Shown here: positions 18,154 to 27,800 of the stretch, piece by piece
Position numbering within the stretch: position 1 is the first letter of the stretch
How the letters are laid out: each line of letters opens with the position of its first letter
Assembly: GCA_030606635.1 (NCBI GenBank)
Contig: JAUWGA010000001.1
Location: 1-35,237, forward strand
Origin: Methanosarcinales archaeon
GTDB lineage: Archaea; Halobacteriota; Methanosarcinia; Methanosarcinales; Methanogasteraceae
Direction: 5' to 3'
DNA length: 35,237 nt
Notes under the pieces: model-generated
Told to the model about the DNA's origin: nothing
The model's input: the letters and a program-made list of their open reading frames with translations, nothing else
Databases searched by the model: none
Translations under genes and position numbers: made by a program

Positions 18154-19932
18154 ATGGGTCAACATCTGAAGCAACAACTGAAATATATATTAATTATAGT
18201 ATGTGTCATCGCGTCTGTGCCGGCTGCGTGTGCAGAGAGGGGCCAGGTAGTTATCAACTCTGGCGACTGGAGGGATGTGTACTCTTCCATAATGTATGCA
18301 AACTTGCGCGGGATGCCTGCTTCGTTCATCACCGACGCACCACACGCAACCGCTCTGCCGAACTATCTCGACAAGGATCCGGATATCCTGCTTGTCGAGT
18401 CCGAAACGTCACCGTTCTTTGCAAATTACGAAGGGACGCTGACCAATGAGGGGTTTGTGGTTTCAGGGACATACAAGTCTCCGGGTGGGGTAGAAGCAAA
18501 CCTACATTTCATAAGAGAACTCCCTGATATAACGAACTTTATCGTACTGGATGATTCTTATGGGTATAACGCGATCTCTGTTGCGCCTTATTCCGTCAAA
18601 AGCAGGTCATGGGTCTTGTTTGCCGATCATGATAACATCGATGAGCTATCCGGTTTTCTTGGTGGGCGCACCGTTAACAATCTATTGATCTACGGTCGTG
18701 TGGACCGGCAGGTAAATGATTCGTTGAGCATATACAATCCTGAGATCGTCGATTATGGTGACAGGTTCGATAACAACATCGCAATCGTTGAGAAATACCA
18801 GGATATATCGGAAGCCAGCCAGATCGTCTTTACGAATGGAGAGTTCATCGAGAACGAGATCATGTCAGGAAGAGAGCCGGTGCTCTTCATCGGCACAAAC
18901 GTCATTCCCGAGCAGACGGTCAACTATCTGAATGGGAGCGGGATCGAGACCGGTGTGGTCATAGGCAATGCCCTGACCGATGCCGCAAGCATGATAACAG
19001 CACGCACCGATATGCATGTCTTCATCAAGTTCGGGCAGGGAAGAGCCGGAGGTGGCGGTGGCGGCTTCAGTCTTGTTGAGGCGCTCGATGAATTCCCGCT
19101 GCCGAAGTACGAGCTTATCATGTCTGTCGTCTCTGTGGACTACAATCAGGGCACCGGAGGACTGGAGGTCGTCTACCAAAACGATGCGAACATCGATATC
19201 TTCTCCAAATCCTCAGTAAGTGTATTCGTTGACGGTAACGCCTCCGGCGTCGACGCCCGGGACGGAGAAATTTTCACGGGCGTTACACAGGTCGCAACGG
19301 TCGGGGATGAAGAGGCGATCGTTATCACCGAAGGAACTACGTCCGGCGTTTCGTACGACTGCCCGGAACTGGCAGCGCAAGAATCGCTGGAGACCGCAAA
19401 CATCACGGCTGATGTGTATGCAGTCTTCGGGGAATCAGAAAGATCGCTTAATAGATTGTTGCAACAGACGCTTGGGGTTGGCGTAATCACCTTTGTGGAC
19501 CGATCGAGCATTGATGCAACAGAGGTACTCTACACCAAAAAGACAGAGCGTCTCTCGGTAACGGTCACCAATACAGGAGATGTGCCGTGCTATGTCTGTC
19601 CTGATGTTCTGTTGCGCATCGGTGGGCGAGAGCAATCGTATAGAGTGGTTGACGACCCCCTGTATCTGCCAGCTGTCGGGAGTGTGTCTCCATCTTGCAG
19701 GATCGATATGACCGATGCAGACATCGCAGACAACCCGATCGTCCCGGTACATATCTCTTACGGAGAGCGCGAGAAGATGCTTGGGAAGGGTCTGGACAAG
19801 GAGCTACCTCTGGAGATTGTTTCCACGTTTAACACAAAGCAACTCTTTGCCAACCCCGCGATCCTTGCAGGGCTTGCTATAGCCGTCATCATTTCGGCTG
19901 TGATCCTGCTGATGAGACGAAGAAAGAAGTAG
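18154..19932 (+). CDS. Anchored surface protein, hypothetical
   Basis: 592 aa. An AAGGAGG RBS lies 6 nt upstream. It has a signal peptide (LIIVCVIASVPAACA) and a C-terminal TM helix plus basic tail (ILAGLAIAVIISAVILLMRRRKK). Confidence 0.85.
   Translation: MGQHLKQQLKYILIIVCVIASVPAACAERGQVVINSGDWRDVYSSIMYANLRGMPASFITDAPHATALPNYLDKDPDILLVESETSPFFANYEGTLTNEGFVVSGTYKSPGGVEANLHFIRELPDITNFIVLDDSYGYNAISVAPYSVKSRSWVLFADHDNIDELSGFLGGRTVNNLLIYGRVDRQVNDSLSIYNPEIVDYGDRFDNNIAIVEKYQDISEASQIVFTNGEFIENEIMSGREPVLFIGTNVIPEQTVNYLNGSGIETGVVIGNALTDAASMITARTDMHVFIKFGQGRAGGGGGGFSLVEALDEFPLPKYELIMSVVSVDYNQGTGGLEVVYQNDANIDIFSKSSVSVFVDGNASGVDARDGEIFTGVTQVATVGDEEAIVITEGTTSGVSYDCPELAAQESLETANITADVYAVFGESERSLNRLLQQTLGVGVITFVDRSSIDATEVLYTKKTERLSVTVTNTGDVPCYVCPDVLLRIGGREQSYRVVDDPLYLPAVGSVSPSCRIDMTDADIADNPIVPVHISYGEREKMLGKGLDKELPLEIVSTFNTKQLFANPAILAGLAIAVIISAVILLMRRRKK
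19236..19267 (-). repeat. Dispersed palindromic repeat, inverted copy inside the 592-aa CDS
   Basis: TAACGCCTCCGGCGTCGACGCCCGGGACGGAG matches the reverse complement of 20203-20234 at 27 of 32 positions. It is read as NASGVDARDGE, the same peptide register as in fumA. Confidence 0.8.
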
Positions 19933-19984
19933 ATAGATAGTATAAGTCATAAACAGGAACGGAGGGCGGATGGATAAATTACCG

Positions 19985-20926
19985 TCATGCTCCATCCCCT
20001 CCCAGTTCCACGCTCGCTCTCCTGTTCGCCCAGCACTGGATGTTCACAGCAACAGGAAGCGATGCGGTGTGGCAGTGCGCATACTCGATATGCACGGCAA
20101 GCGCGGTGATATCTCCGCCAAGCCCCATCGTGCCGATGCCGAGTGAATTGATCGCATCGAGTATCTCCAGCTCGAAATCGTCCATAACGCAAGCGATCAA
20201 AACTCCGTCTCTTGCGTCGACGCCAAAGGCGTTAATGCAAGCATCGACGACAGAGCCGTTAACGCAAGCGTCGACGCCAGAGGTGTTATCGTAGATTTCA
20301 CGCAGTAGCGCCTTCTTTGCAAGGCGGGCTGCCTTGTCAAAGGATCCGCCGATCCCGACGCCAACAATAATCGGAGGACACGGCTTTCCTCCGGCATCTG
20401 CGACTGTCTCGAGGACGAACCGCTTGATATCCGCTACCTGCGAGGGGTTAAGCATCGCAAGCCGGCTCACATTCTCACTTCCAGCACCTTTCGGCAGCAC
20501 AGTAATCCTTATGCGGTCTCCCTCATTGATATCGAGAATAATGTCAGGAAGTCCGATTCCAACGTTTCCGGACGGCTCCCTCCTGGTCGGATGCACCGCG
20601 TTTGGTCTGAGCGGCACGATCTCGGTTGCTTTTTTAACACCGTCCCGTATCGCATCTTTGATGTCAAAATTAATCGCGCAGTCCCTGCCGATCTCGACAA
20701 AGAATATCAATATCCCGGTATCCTGACAGATCGGAACCTTCCGCATCGCTGCGAGTTCGATGTTCTCAAGAATCGCCTCGATCTGCGCTCTTGCGGTGGG
20801 ATCGGTCTCGCGCCCGTGTGCATCCTTTAGTGCTGCCGTCACGTCGTCAGGAAGCCGGGTCTCAGCCCTCAGGAGCAGGTCAACGACGCTCTGCGCCACG
20901 TCCTCGTACGTAATATCTCTGCCCAT
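19985..20926 (-). CDS. fumA: Class I (Fe-S) fumarate hydratase / tartrate dehydratase alpha subunit, with an internal repeat insertion
   Basis: It has the VPICQDTG motif and the ...LGIGTMGLGGDITALAVHIEYAHCHTASLPVAVNIQCW block. I start it at the internal Met (MGRDITYEDV), which matches family N-termini. The longest ORF runs to 21025 but overlaps the upstream gene by 146 nt. Confidence 0.85.
   Translation of the reverse strand: MGRDITYEDVAQSVVDLLLRAETRLPDDVTAALKDAHGRETDPTARAQIEAILENIELAAMRKVPICQDTGILIFFVEIGRDCAINFDIKDAIRDGVKKATEIVPLRPNAVHPTRREPSGNVGIGLPDIILDINEGDRIRITVLPKGAGSENVSRLAMLNPSQVADIKRFVLETVADAGGKPCPPIIVGVGIGGSFDKAARLAKKALLREIYDNTSGVDACVNGSVVDACINAFGVDARDGVLIACVMDDFELEILDAINSLGIGTMGLGGDITALAVHIEYAHCHTASLPVAVNIQCWANRRASVELGGDGA
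20177..20288 (-). repeat. Tandem 27-nt (9-codon) repeats of the palindromic element inside fumA
   Basis: The units 20258-20284, 20231-20257 and 20204-20230 encode TSGVDACVN, GSVVDACIN and AFGVDARDG. A fourth, degenerate unit at 20177-20203 encodes VLIACVMDD. Confidence 0.85.
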
Positions 20927-21950
20927 GCCCACGCCGCTCCCCCCTACTGCGTTTGTCTCTCCTGCTTCGCGGTCTTGCAAACTGCTTTCGTCCTCTATTT
21001 CTTCCGGATCTTGCATGTTTTTCATCCTTCGCTCTCTTTACACCTGATTTTGCTTCCGTTTCCGGCTTTCCCACCTCTTTTTGCTTTTCAACCGCTATCG
21101 GCTCTCTTGCTTCTTCCACCTCGCTTGCAGTCTCCTCGACCACGATGCCGCGGGGTGCGTCCATCGTGCCGTCCACTACCGCGCTGCGATGGATATTGAT
21201 AGCCCGTGCATGGAGATCGCCAAGTACGTGGTTGCCACTGCCGATGCTGATGTTGCCACTCGCATCGATATTTCCATGAACGGTACAATTTTCATGGATC
21301 GTGATGTCTTTAGCCCTGATGCTTCCGAATAAGGTTGTGTTGCTGCCCATAGATACCGATTCTGCACGGATGTTGCCTTGCAGCCGGCAGTCGTCTCCGA
21401 TATGTGCGGGCTTACCTGTTTCGATCGCGCTGAGCGTGATTCTGGATTTGGCAGGCAGTATCATCATTGGGGCATCGCCACTGTCCGAATCATCGGAAAA
21501 GAGATCATCCAATGCTTTTTCCACCTCTTCGTCCTTGCCGCTGCGTATCAGCTCACTCAGGTATAGATACAGGAAGATGATGAGCGGTATCGGGTTTCTG
21601 ATCGTGATCCAGCCCCTCGCCTCGAATCCGTCCTTGATCGATACATGATCTCCGATGTCAAGATTGCCTGCAACAGCGAGTTTGCCGTCGATCTTCGTAA
21701 ACTCTCCAAGATGGGCGTCGCCATTCGCACGCACTGTGCCTCCGATCTCAGACCTGCGGTCGATGTAAACATCCGAACGTGCAGAGACCTCACCATATAT
21801 CTTCACGTGCTCACCGATCGTGATCTCATCTGCGATGATGCCGTATTCGATGCTGGTGCCGCCACCGATGATCGCACCGCCGTCAACCACAATGGTACGC
21901 TCCTCCATCCTGGTGCCGTCAGGGACGACGAGTGTTTGTGGATCGAACAT
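20880..21950 (-). CDS. Bactofilin-like (polymer-forming, beta-helical repeat) protein with a central hydrophobic segment and an Arg-rich tail
   Basis: 356 aa. It has two blocks of degenerate I/V-x-G repeats (IGEHVKIYGEVSARSDVYI..., GDDCRLQGNIRAESVSMG...) typical of bactofilin/DUF583 proteins. The hydrophobic segment is PIPLIIFLYLYLSELI. The last ~45 aa are extremely basic. Confidence 0.65.
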   Translation of the reverse strand: MFDPQTLVVPDGTRMEERTIVVDGGAIIGGGTSIEYGIIADEITIGEHVKIYGEVSARSDVYIDRRSEIGGTVRANGDAHLGEFTKIDGKLAVAGNLDIGDHVSIKDGFEARGWITIRNPIPLIIFLYLYLSELIRSGKDEEVEKALDDLFSDDSDSGDAPMMILPAKSRITLSAIETGKPAHIGDDCRLQGNIRAESVSMGSNTTLFGSIRAKDITIHENCTVHGNIDASGNISIGSGNHVLGDLHARAINIHRSAVVDGTMDAPRGIVVEETASEVEEAREPIAVEKQKEVGKPETEAKSGVKRAKDEKHARSGRNRGRKQFARPRSRRDKRSRGERRGHGQRYYVRGRGAERR

Positions 21951-22144
21951 GTATGCCTCGATGTATGCGCTTTATGGACTTATAATTTTTGCATTTTGAG
22001 GGTTTTGAAGGCATGGGTTGATGGGATGAGGAACAAAAATAGGTAGGAGTATTATGAAACAGTCGCCAGAAAGATTGATGCCAGTAAGGAGTTCAGAGAT
22101 TTCAGAGATCATGGATACGTTGTCTTCGATCCGGAGTATAAAGG

Positions 22145-24859
22145 ATGAACCACACCAAAAAAGCACTCCAAAACGTCAGAGGTGAGGTGTACACCGATCT
22201 TGCGACGCTGTACTGCTATTCAACCGATGCGAGCATCTACCAGGTCATTCCGTCCGCCGTGGTCTGCCCAGGCGATGCAGAAGACGTCCGCGAGTGTGTG
22301 AAGGCGGCAAAGGAACTTGGAATTCCCGTCACAGCAAGGGCTGCCGGAACCAATCTCGCAGGAAGCTCTCTTGGTAGGGGGATTATTCTGGATATCTCAA
22401 AGAAGATGAACCGGATTCTTGGCATCGTGGAGAAAGGCGGTGAATTCTTTGTGGATGTGGAGCCAGGAGTCGTAATAAATGATCTTCAGGCGCATCTCGG
22501 TGAGAAAGGGTTATTTCTCCCGTCCGACCCGTCGAGTTCTGAGATCTGCATGGTGGGTGGCAATATCGGGACGAAGGCGAGCGGGGCTAAGTCTGTGAAA
22601 TATGGGACCACAGATGATTACGTGACTGATGTGGAGTTCGTATCAGCAGACTGCGAGATCATCGACACCGCCAGAGCAGAGACCATCCCGGACCGGATAT
22701 CATCCGGATTATTCGGACTAAAAAAGCGGATACTTGCTGACACCGATACAATAGCACGTCTCGAATCGAAAAGGGACGTAAAGACTGCAAGCGGATATAA
22801 TATCAGGGCGATGCTTGATCAGGACCGCATCGGCGGGATGATCGCACATCTGATGTCCGGAAGCGTCGGAACGCTTGGCATCTTCACACGGATACGGCTA
22901 AAGGTTCTCCCGATCGTATCGGGAACGGCTATCAGTGCGATATACTTCAAAAAGTTATACGATGCCGGCGATGCAGTCCAGCACATCAAGAAACTCGATC
23001 CTGTAAAGATCGAGATGATGGACTCGACTTCTCTTGAAATCGTCCGGGCAGAGCATCCTGACATGGGTATACCTGCGAATACGCGTGCGCTCTTCGTTGA
23101 ATTCGAGGGCGACGACCGAAAATCAAAGATAGACGATCTTGAGCGGATGATTCATGAGCGGTATGATGTATGCTCAATTTTTTCCGAATCAGAGGACGAA
23201 GAAGTACAGGAAAGGATATGGGCCGTCAGAAAAGCGCTCGTCCCGATCCTGACAAACTATGATGCGGATATGAAGCCGGATGCGTTCATCGACGACGTTG
23301 CTGTCAGAATACCTGATCTTGCACCGCTGATATGCGATCTGCATGAGATATTCGAGGAGTATGGCATAACTTCGGCAGTTTACGGACACGCAGGATCTGG
23401 GAATCTGCATATCAGACCGATGCTGAACTTAAACGACCCAAAAAACATCGATCTGCTGCCTGAACTGGTGGATCGTGTCTACGATATCGTATTCAAGTAC
23501 AACGGCACCATGACCGGCGAGCACGGGATGGGGCGACTCAGGACGATGTTCCTCAAAAAAGAGTGGGGTGGCGGGATATACGGCTACATGCAGCAGATAA
23601 AGGAGATTTTCGACCCTGATGACATCCTGAATCCTGATGTAATCTTCAGCGACAGGCAGATCACGGATGATATAAAATACCCGACAGAATATATAAATAG
23701 ATTTGAAAAAAAATGCATCAACTGCGGGTACTGCAAATCAGTCTGTCCGATATCGATCACACTGAAGGGGGAATCAGGTTCGAGGTCGTTTCTACAGCTT
23801 GCAAGGTTCCGAAAACTCGAAAATCCCGGACATGGCGAGTCGCGCATTGCAGGAAAGATGCTTGGCACGTGTCTCGGCTGCTTAAGGTGCGCGACCAGAT
23901 GCCCGAGCCATGCGAGTATCGGAGAACTGCTCTTTTCTCAGAAGACCCCGCCCCTTTATACCAGACAGGCGATGCGTACATGGGCATCTAATTACAACCG
24001 ATTCGAGCGGTATGCGCGGTTCTTTGGGAGGATCGCAATGCCGGCGGCAGAAACACTCCTCGGGAGGGAGCTTCCAAAGATCAGGAGAGCGCCGCTGGTA
24101 CTCGATGAGTGTGTGCAGGAACAGAATCCGGATGCGATGAACGTCGCGGTGTTTGTGGGGTGCGCATCCGCGCTCTTCGATGATCAGGTCGCCTGCTCGA
24201 TGATAAGGGTGCTTGTAAAGAGTGGATTCAATGTCTTTATCCCTGAGCAACAGTGTTGCGGGCTTCCGATGATCGAGGAAGGGATGTACGATCTGGTAAA
24301 GGAGACCGCAAGGAAGAACGTCGCCGCATTCGCTGACGAGAGGTACGACGCCATCGTGACCTCGTGCGCCTCCTGCACCATGATGCTTAAGAAATTCGGG
24401 GAACTGCTGGAAGGGGATGAACTGGGCGACGCCGCGGCGAGGGTGTCATCGATCACATACGATATCGGCGAGTTTCTTGTAAAGCATCTTGACGACGGCA
24501 TGTTGTCGGGAAAGAAACTTGATATCCGTGCAGCATATCACAATCCCTGCCATCTCGCCGCTGCTGGAGTTGGGAATGGGGGCGATATACTTAGAAGAAT
24601 CGTATCCGAGTTTGTCGAACTTGAGGACGGGTGCTGCGGCGGGGCTGGCACATACAGTTTCTTGCATTCGGACCTCTCTGCGAGGATATTCGAGCGGAAA
24701 CTTGACGACATCCGAAAGATCGACCCTGATGTGGTTGTCACCACCTGCCCGAGTTGCGAACTCCAGTTCAGGCACGGTCTCGAGAGGAACGGGGTGGACT
24801 GCGAGGTGCGGAATATCGTCGAGATTCTGGACCGGTATTATGAGGAGAACAGGGTTTGA
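22145..24859 (+). CDS. Fused FAD-linked oxidase (GlcD/D-lactate dehydrogenase-like) + 2x[4Fe-4S] ferredoxin + CCG-domain (GlcF/HdrD-like) oxidoreductase
   Basis: 904 aa. It has an N-terminal FAD_binding_4 region (ARAAGTNLAGSS) and the GEHGMG motif. The two Cys clusters are CINCGYCKSVCP and CLGCLRCATRCP. The two C-terminal CCG motifs are QQCCGLP and EDGCCGGAG. Confidence 0.85.
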   Translation: MNHTKKALQNVRGEVYTDLATLYCYSTDASIYQVIPSAVVCPGDAEDVRECVKAAKELGIPVTARAAGTNLAGSSLGRGIILDISKKMNRILGIVEKGGEFFVDVEPGVVINDLQAHLGEKGLFLPSDPSSSEICMVGGNIGTKASGAKSVKYGTTDDYVTDVEFVSADCEIIDTARAETIPDRISSGLFGLKKRILADTDTIARLESKRDVKTASGYNIRAMLDQDRIGGMIAHLMSGSVGTLGIFTRIRLKVLPIVSGTAISAIYFKKLYDAGDAVQHIKKLDPVKIEMMDSTSLEIVRAEHPDMGIPANTRALFVEFEGDDRKSKIDDLERMIHERYDVCSIFSESEDEEVQERIWAVRKALVPILTNYDADMKPDAFIDDVAVRIPDLAPLICDLHEIFEEYGITSAVYGHAGSGNLHIRPMLNLNDPKNIDLLPELVDRVYDIVFKYNGTMTGEHGMGRLRTMFLKKEWGGGIYGYMQQIKEIFDPDDILNPDVIFSDRQITDDIKYPTEYINRFEKKCINCGYCKSVCPISITLKGESGSRSFLQLARFRKLENPGHGESRIAGKMLGTCLGCLRCATRCPSHASIGELLFSQKTPPLYTRQAMRTWASNYNRFERYARFFGRIAMPAAETLLGRELPKIRRAPLVLDECVQEQNPDAMNVAVFVGCASALFDDQVACSMIRVLVKSGFNVFIPEQQCCGLPMIEEGMYDLVKETARKNVAAFADERYDAIVTSCASCTMMLKKFGELLEGDELGDAAARVSSITYDIGEFLVKHLDDGMLSGKKLDIRAAYHNPCHLAAAGVGNGGDILRRIVSEFVELEDGCCGGAGTYSFLHSDLSARIFERKLDDIRKIDPDVVVTTCPSCELQFRHGLERNGVDCEVRNIVEILDRYYEENRV

Positions 24860-24889
24860 GGTTTACGCCGTTTGAAAGGGGCTATCGAG

Positions 24890-27800
24890 TTATTCCAAAG
24901 AACGTTCGATTTCAGAGTGACACCATCCGGGTCTGCGCAGTAGGTTGAAAGTATCTATGTAACGGACTGATGCGCCCCCGGCAGCTGCAACAGCTTCATC
25001 AAGAATTCCCTGCGGATTCTGTGTGTCCCATAATGGATGAACGATAATAACCTTCATGATTCTGGTTTCAAATCCTGGCAGAGTTCCCCATGTTCGGGAC
25101 TGGTGGTCATCAAACTGTGATGCAAAGTTATCGGACAGTTTGGTAGCAAAATCTATCCAGCCATCCAATTCGGGCGTCGTGAACTGACCATCGAGCCCGC
25201 ACAAATACCGCGAGTCCTTGAGTATATGTAGATAAGCCAATGCAAGACGCCAGTCCAGAAGACCGTGATAATTCATGTTCCGGTACCTCATGAGACAAGC
25301 ATAACATGCAGAGTCACAGGAGGAACGATGCGACTCAGAAACAATCTTTGTAGGGAAGGAACCCGGATCATTCGGCGATACGATTCCATGCAACACTGAG
25401 TCCCAGTTATCAGATATCCAGCGCACAAAACCTGCCCCGTTGGCAAGGAAGTCGCTCAACGTGATAGCGCCCACATACATGCCGTCAACCTCCAGACACT
25501 GAAAATTACAAATTTCAATTTCATCAGGGTCTATATCCAGCCTCTCGGAAGCTGCCGCTCTCAAAAGGAATGCAGCAGAATAAATGGCTGCTTTGACACC
25601 ACCGCTGGAAGTGACCGGGTCAAGGTTTAAACCCGGAGGTACTGATAACGGTCTGAACCTTAAAACATCGGTCGTCTTACCTGCAGCAATGGCAATCCGC
25701 TGGATTTCTTCTGGTCGATCTTTGCTGACATAAGCAATGTAATCTGATGAAATCCACTGATTACCAAGAACGGGTTTTTCTGTTAGTGGATCCTTCGTAT
25801 CATGTCGGTACCCTCTTGTTGTAACCAATCCCCCCTCAAAAAGTTTTCCAGCGTTGTCGTTGATACGCCATACACGACACTCAGAGGAAAAACTTGTCTC
25901 GCAGTTAGAGCTTACTTTCGTGGAAAATTTTGATTCAGCGCTCTCCGCGACAGAGGTTGGTATTCCGTAAAGAATGTCTCCTCCTTCCTTAGCATCCTTG
26001 CCTCGTGATAGGTCTGTTCTGAATGCAAGCGGTACCGCTGCCAAGTAGCTTTTGAAGTACGGTCCTTGTGGTGTTTTGCAGTATTTGCACTCAGTTTCAG
26101 AGTGTTGCAGGTCGCTTACTATTATATTACCACATCTCAGACAGCGCACCATCCAGCGCGTGGAAAACGGGTCAGCAGCGAGAGGCGCCCACTGCCCGCG
26201 ACGGTTCACAAGAGGTGCTGTAAATCCAATGGCGGTATGAATGGCTTTATCCTTGGTTTTCTGAGCTCCTGGCGCAAATTCAGTAACCGCCAGCTCCAGA
26301 TCTCGATCTACTGTCGATTCTTTTCCGCGCAGTTGATGATAGAGCAGCCGGCTGCGTGACGGCATCCCATACATTGGCAGGATGCCGCCTTCAGCCAGTC
26401 GTTCTGCCAATCCTATTCCAGCTCCCGCGAGTTCTGGGTTAGTAGATGCCTGATCGATCGATTCAGGCAGTTTGTTGCTGAGATAGTCCAACCATTCCTC
26501 GATCTTTCGCTGGTCCACATTTCCAACGAGTGCTCTGATAACGTCCTCTCTTGAATCGTCTGTCCGCAGCCAATCCAATACCTGTTGCTGAACTTCATGC
26601 CACTTCTCGACAAACCCGAACTCACCATGGCTGTCTGGGGGCTTCTCGGGGCAGTCCCACCACCGCACTCCAGCATCCCAAAACGCTCTGCGCAGACATT
26701 CCCTTGCCAGCAGCCGCTGAACAATTCGCTCCTGTTTCATGGTGAGAAATGGCACCGGTGGGGCGCCGCCTGTAATCTGTTCTGGATTAGCAAAATAAAA
26801 CTCGTCGTGGCTGCGGCCGCGGCAGAGTGTGAGAACTGTTGCAAACGCCTGACCGCGTCGCCCAGCTCTGCCGACTCGCTGTTGATAGTTAAAACGCATG
26901 GGGGGCATGTTTGCGAGCATCACTGCCTGCAAGTCTCCGATGTCCACTCCAACCTCCAAAGTAGTTGTAACGCTGAGAACATCGATCTTATCAACCTTTT
27001 CAATAAGAACCTCTTCCTGTCCTGCAAGATCAACGAAAATGTCGCGAAAATGCCTCTGCCGTTTAGCCTGATCATCGGTCTGGGCTGTCAACTCTTCGCA
27101 GTGAAGTCTAATTGGAACGCGCTTCGCTTCTGCTGCTGCATAAGCCAGATAGTTGTGTTGCCAGAGATCCTTGCAGGTGTGGTTGGGCTGTTCTGGAAGC
27201 TGTTTGTGGCAGTTTGTACAGATTCCAGCAGAGTAATGCAGGTGTGGTCGGCGGCAGGTGTGGCATATCCACACGGGATCGTCTGGAAGAGCTACTTTTA
27301 CATCGAGACTGCTTGTTTGGATCATCCCGTTCTTATGCCCGGCTGTACGAAGTGCAGAGAATATTGCCGGACCGACGTCTCGTTCATTCAGCCCCCATTT
27401 TTGGCAGACGGCGCATACAAAGTCTCTGAAGCTGACACGGGCATCGCTATAGTCGGGCCAACCGTATTGTTTAAACTCAGATCCATCGTGGCGGTAGAGG
27501 TCGCCTAATATCCGCAAAGCAGAGTCGCATGCCTGCCGGAAACACTCTAACTGCTCCTGCTGGTGTCCTGCTTCAGATGCGTGGGTTTCAAGTTTCTGGT
27601 CATCAAGCCCCAATTTGAGATAACCAAGCCCTGAAGATTCCATGCTAAAATATAGGCGGCTGAAGAACAGGTCGCACAACCCTTCTCTAACCTTCTTGCG
27701 GAGTGTATTTTTAGCACGGTCCGTATCGGGTGGAAGCCCGTCTTTCCATCTCTTTTCTGTAAAATCGAAAAGTTCAGTCCAGCTGTGCCAGTTCTCTTCC

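Noticed and set aside
22054-22183. Small 43-codon plus-strand ORF upstream of and overlapping the start of the GlcD/GlcF-like gene
   Set aside because: It has no motif and no RBS or TATA geometry, and it runs out of frame into a well-supported CDS. It is most likely chance.
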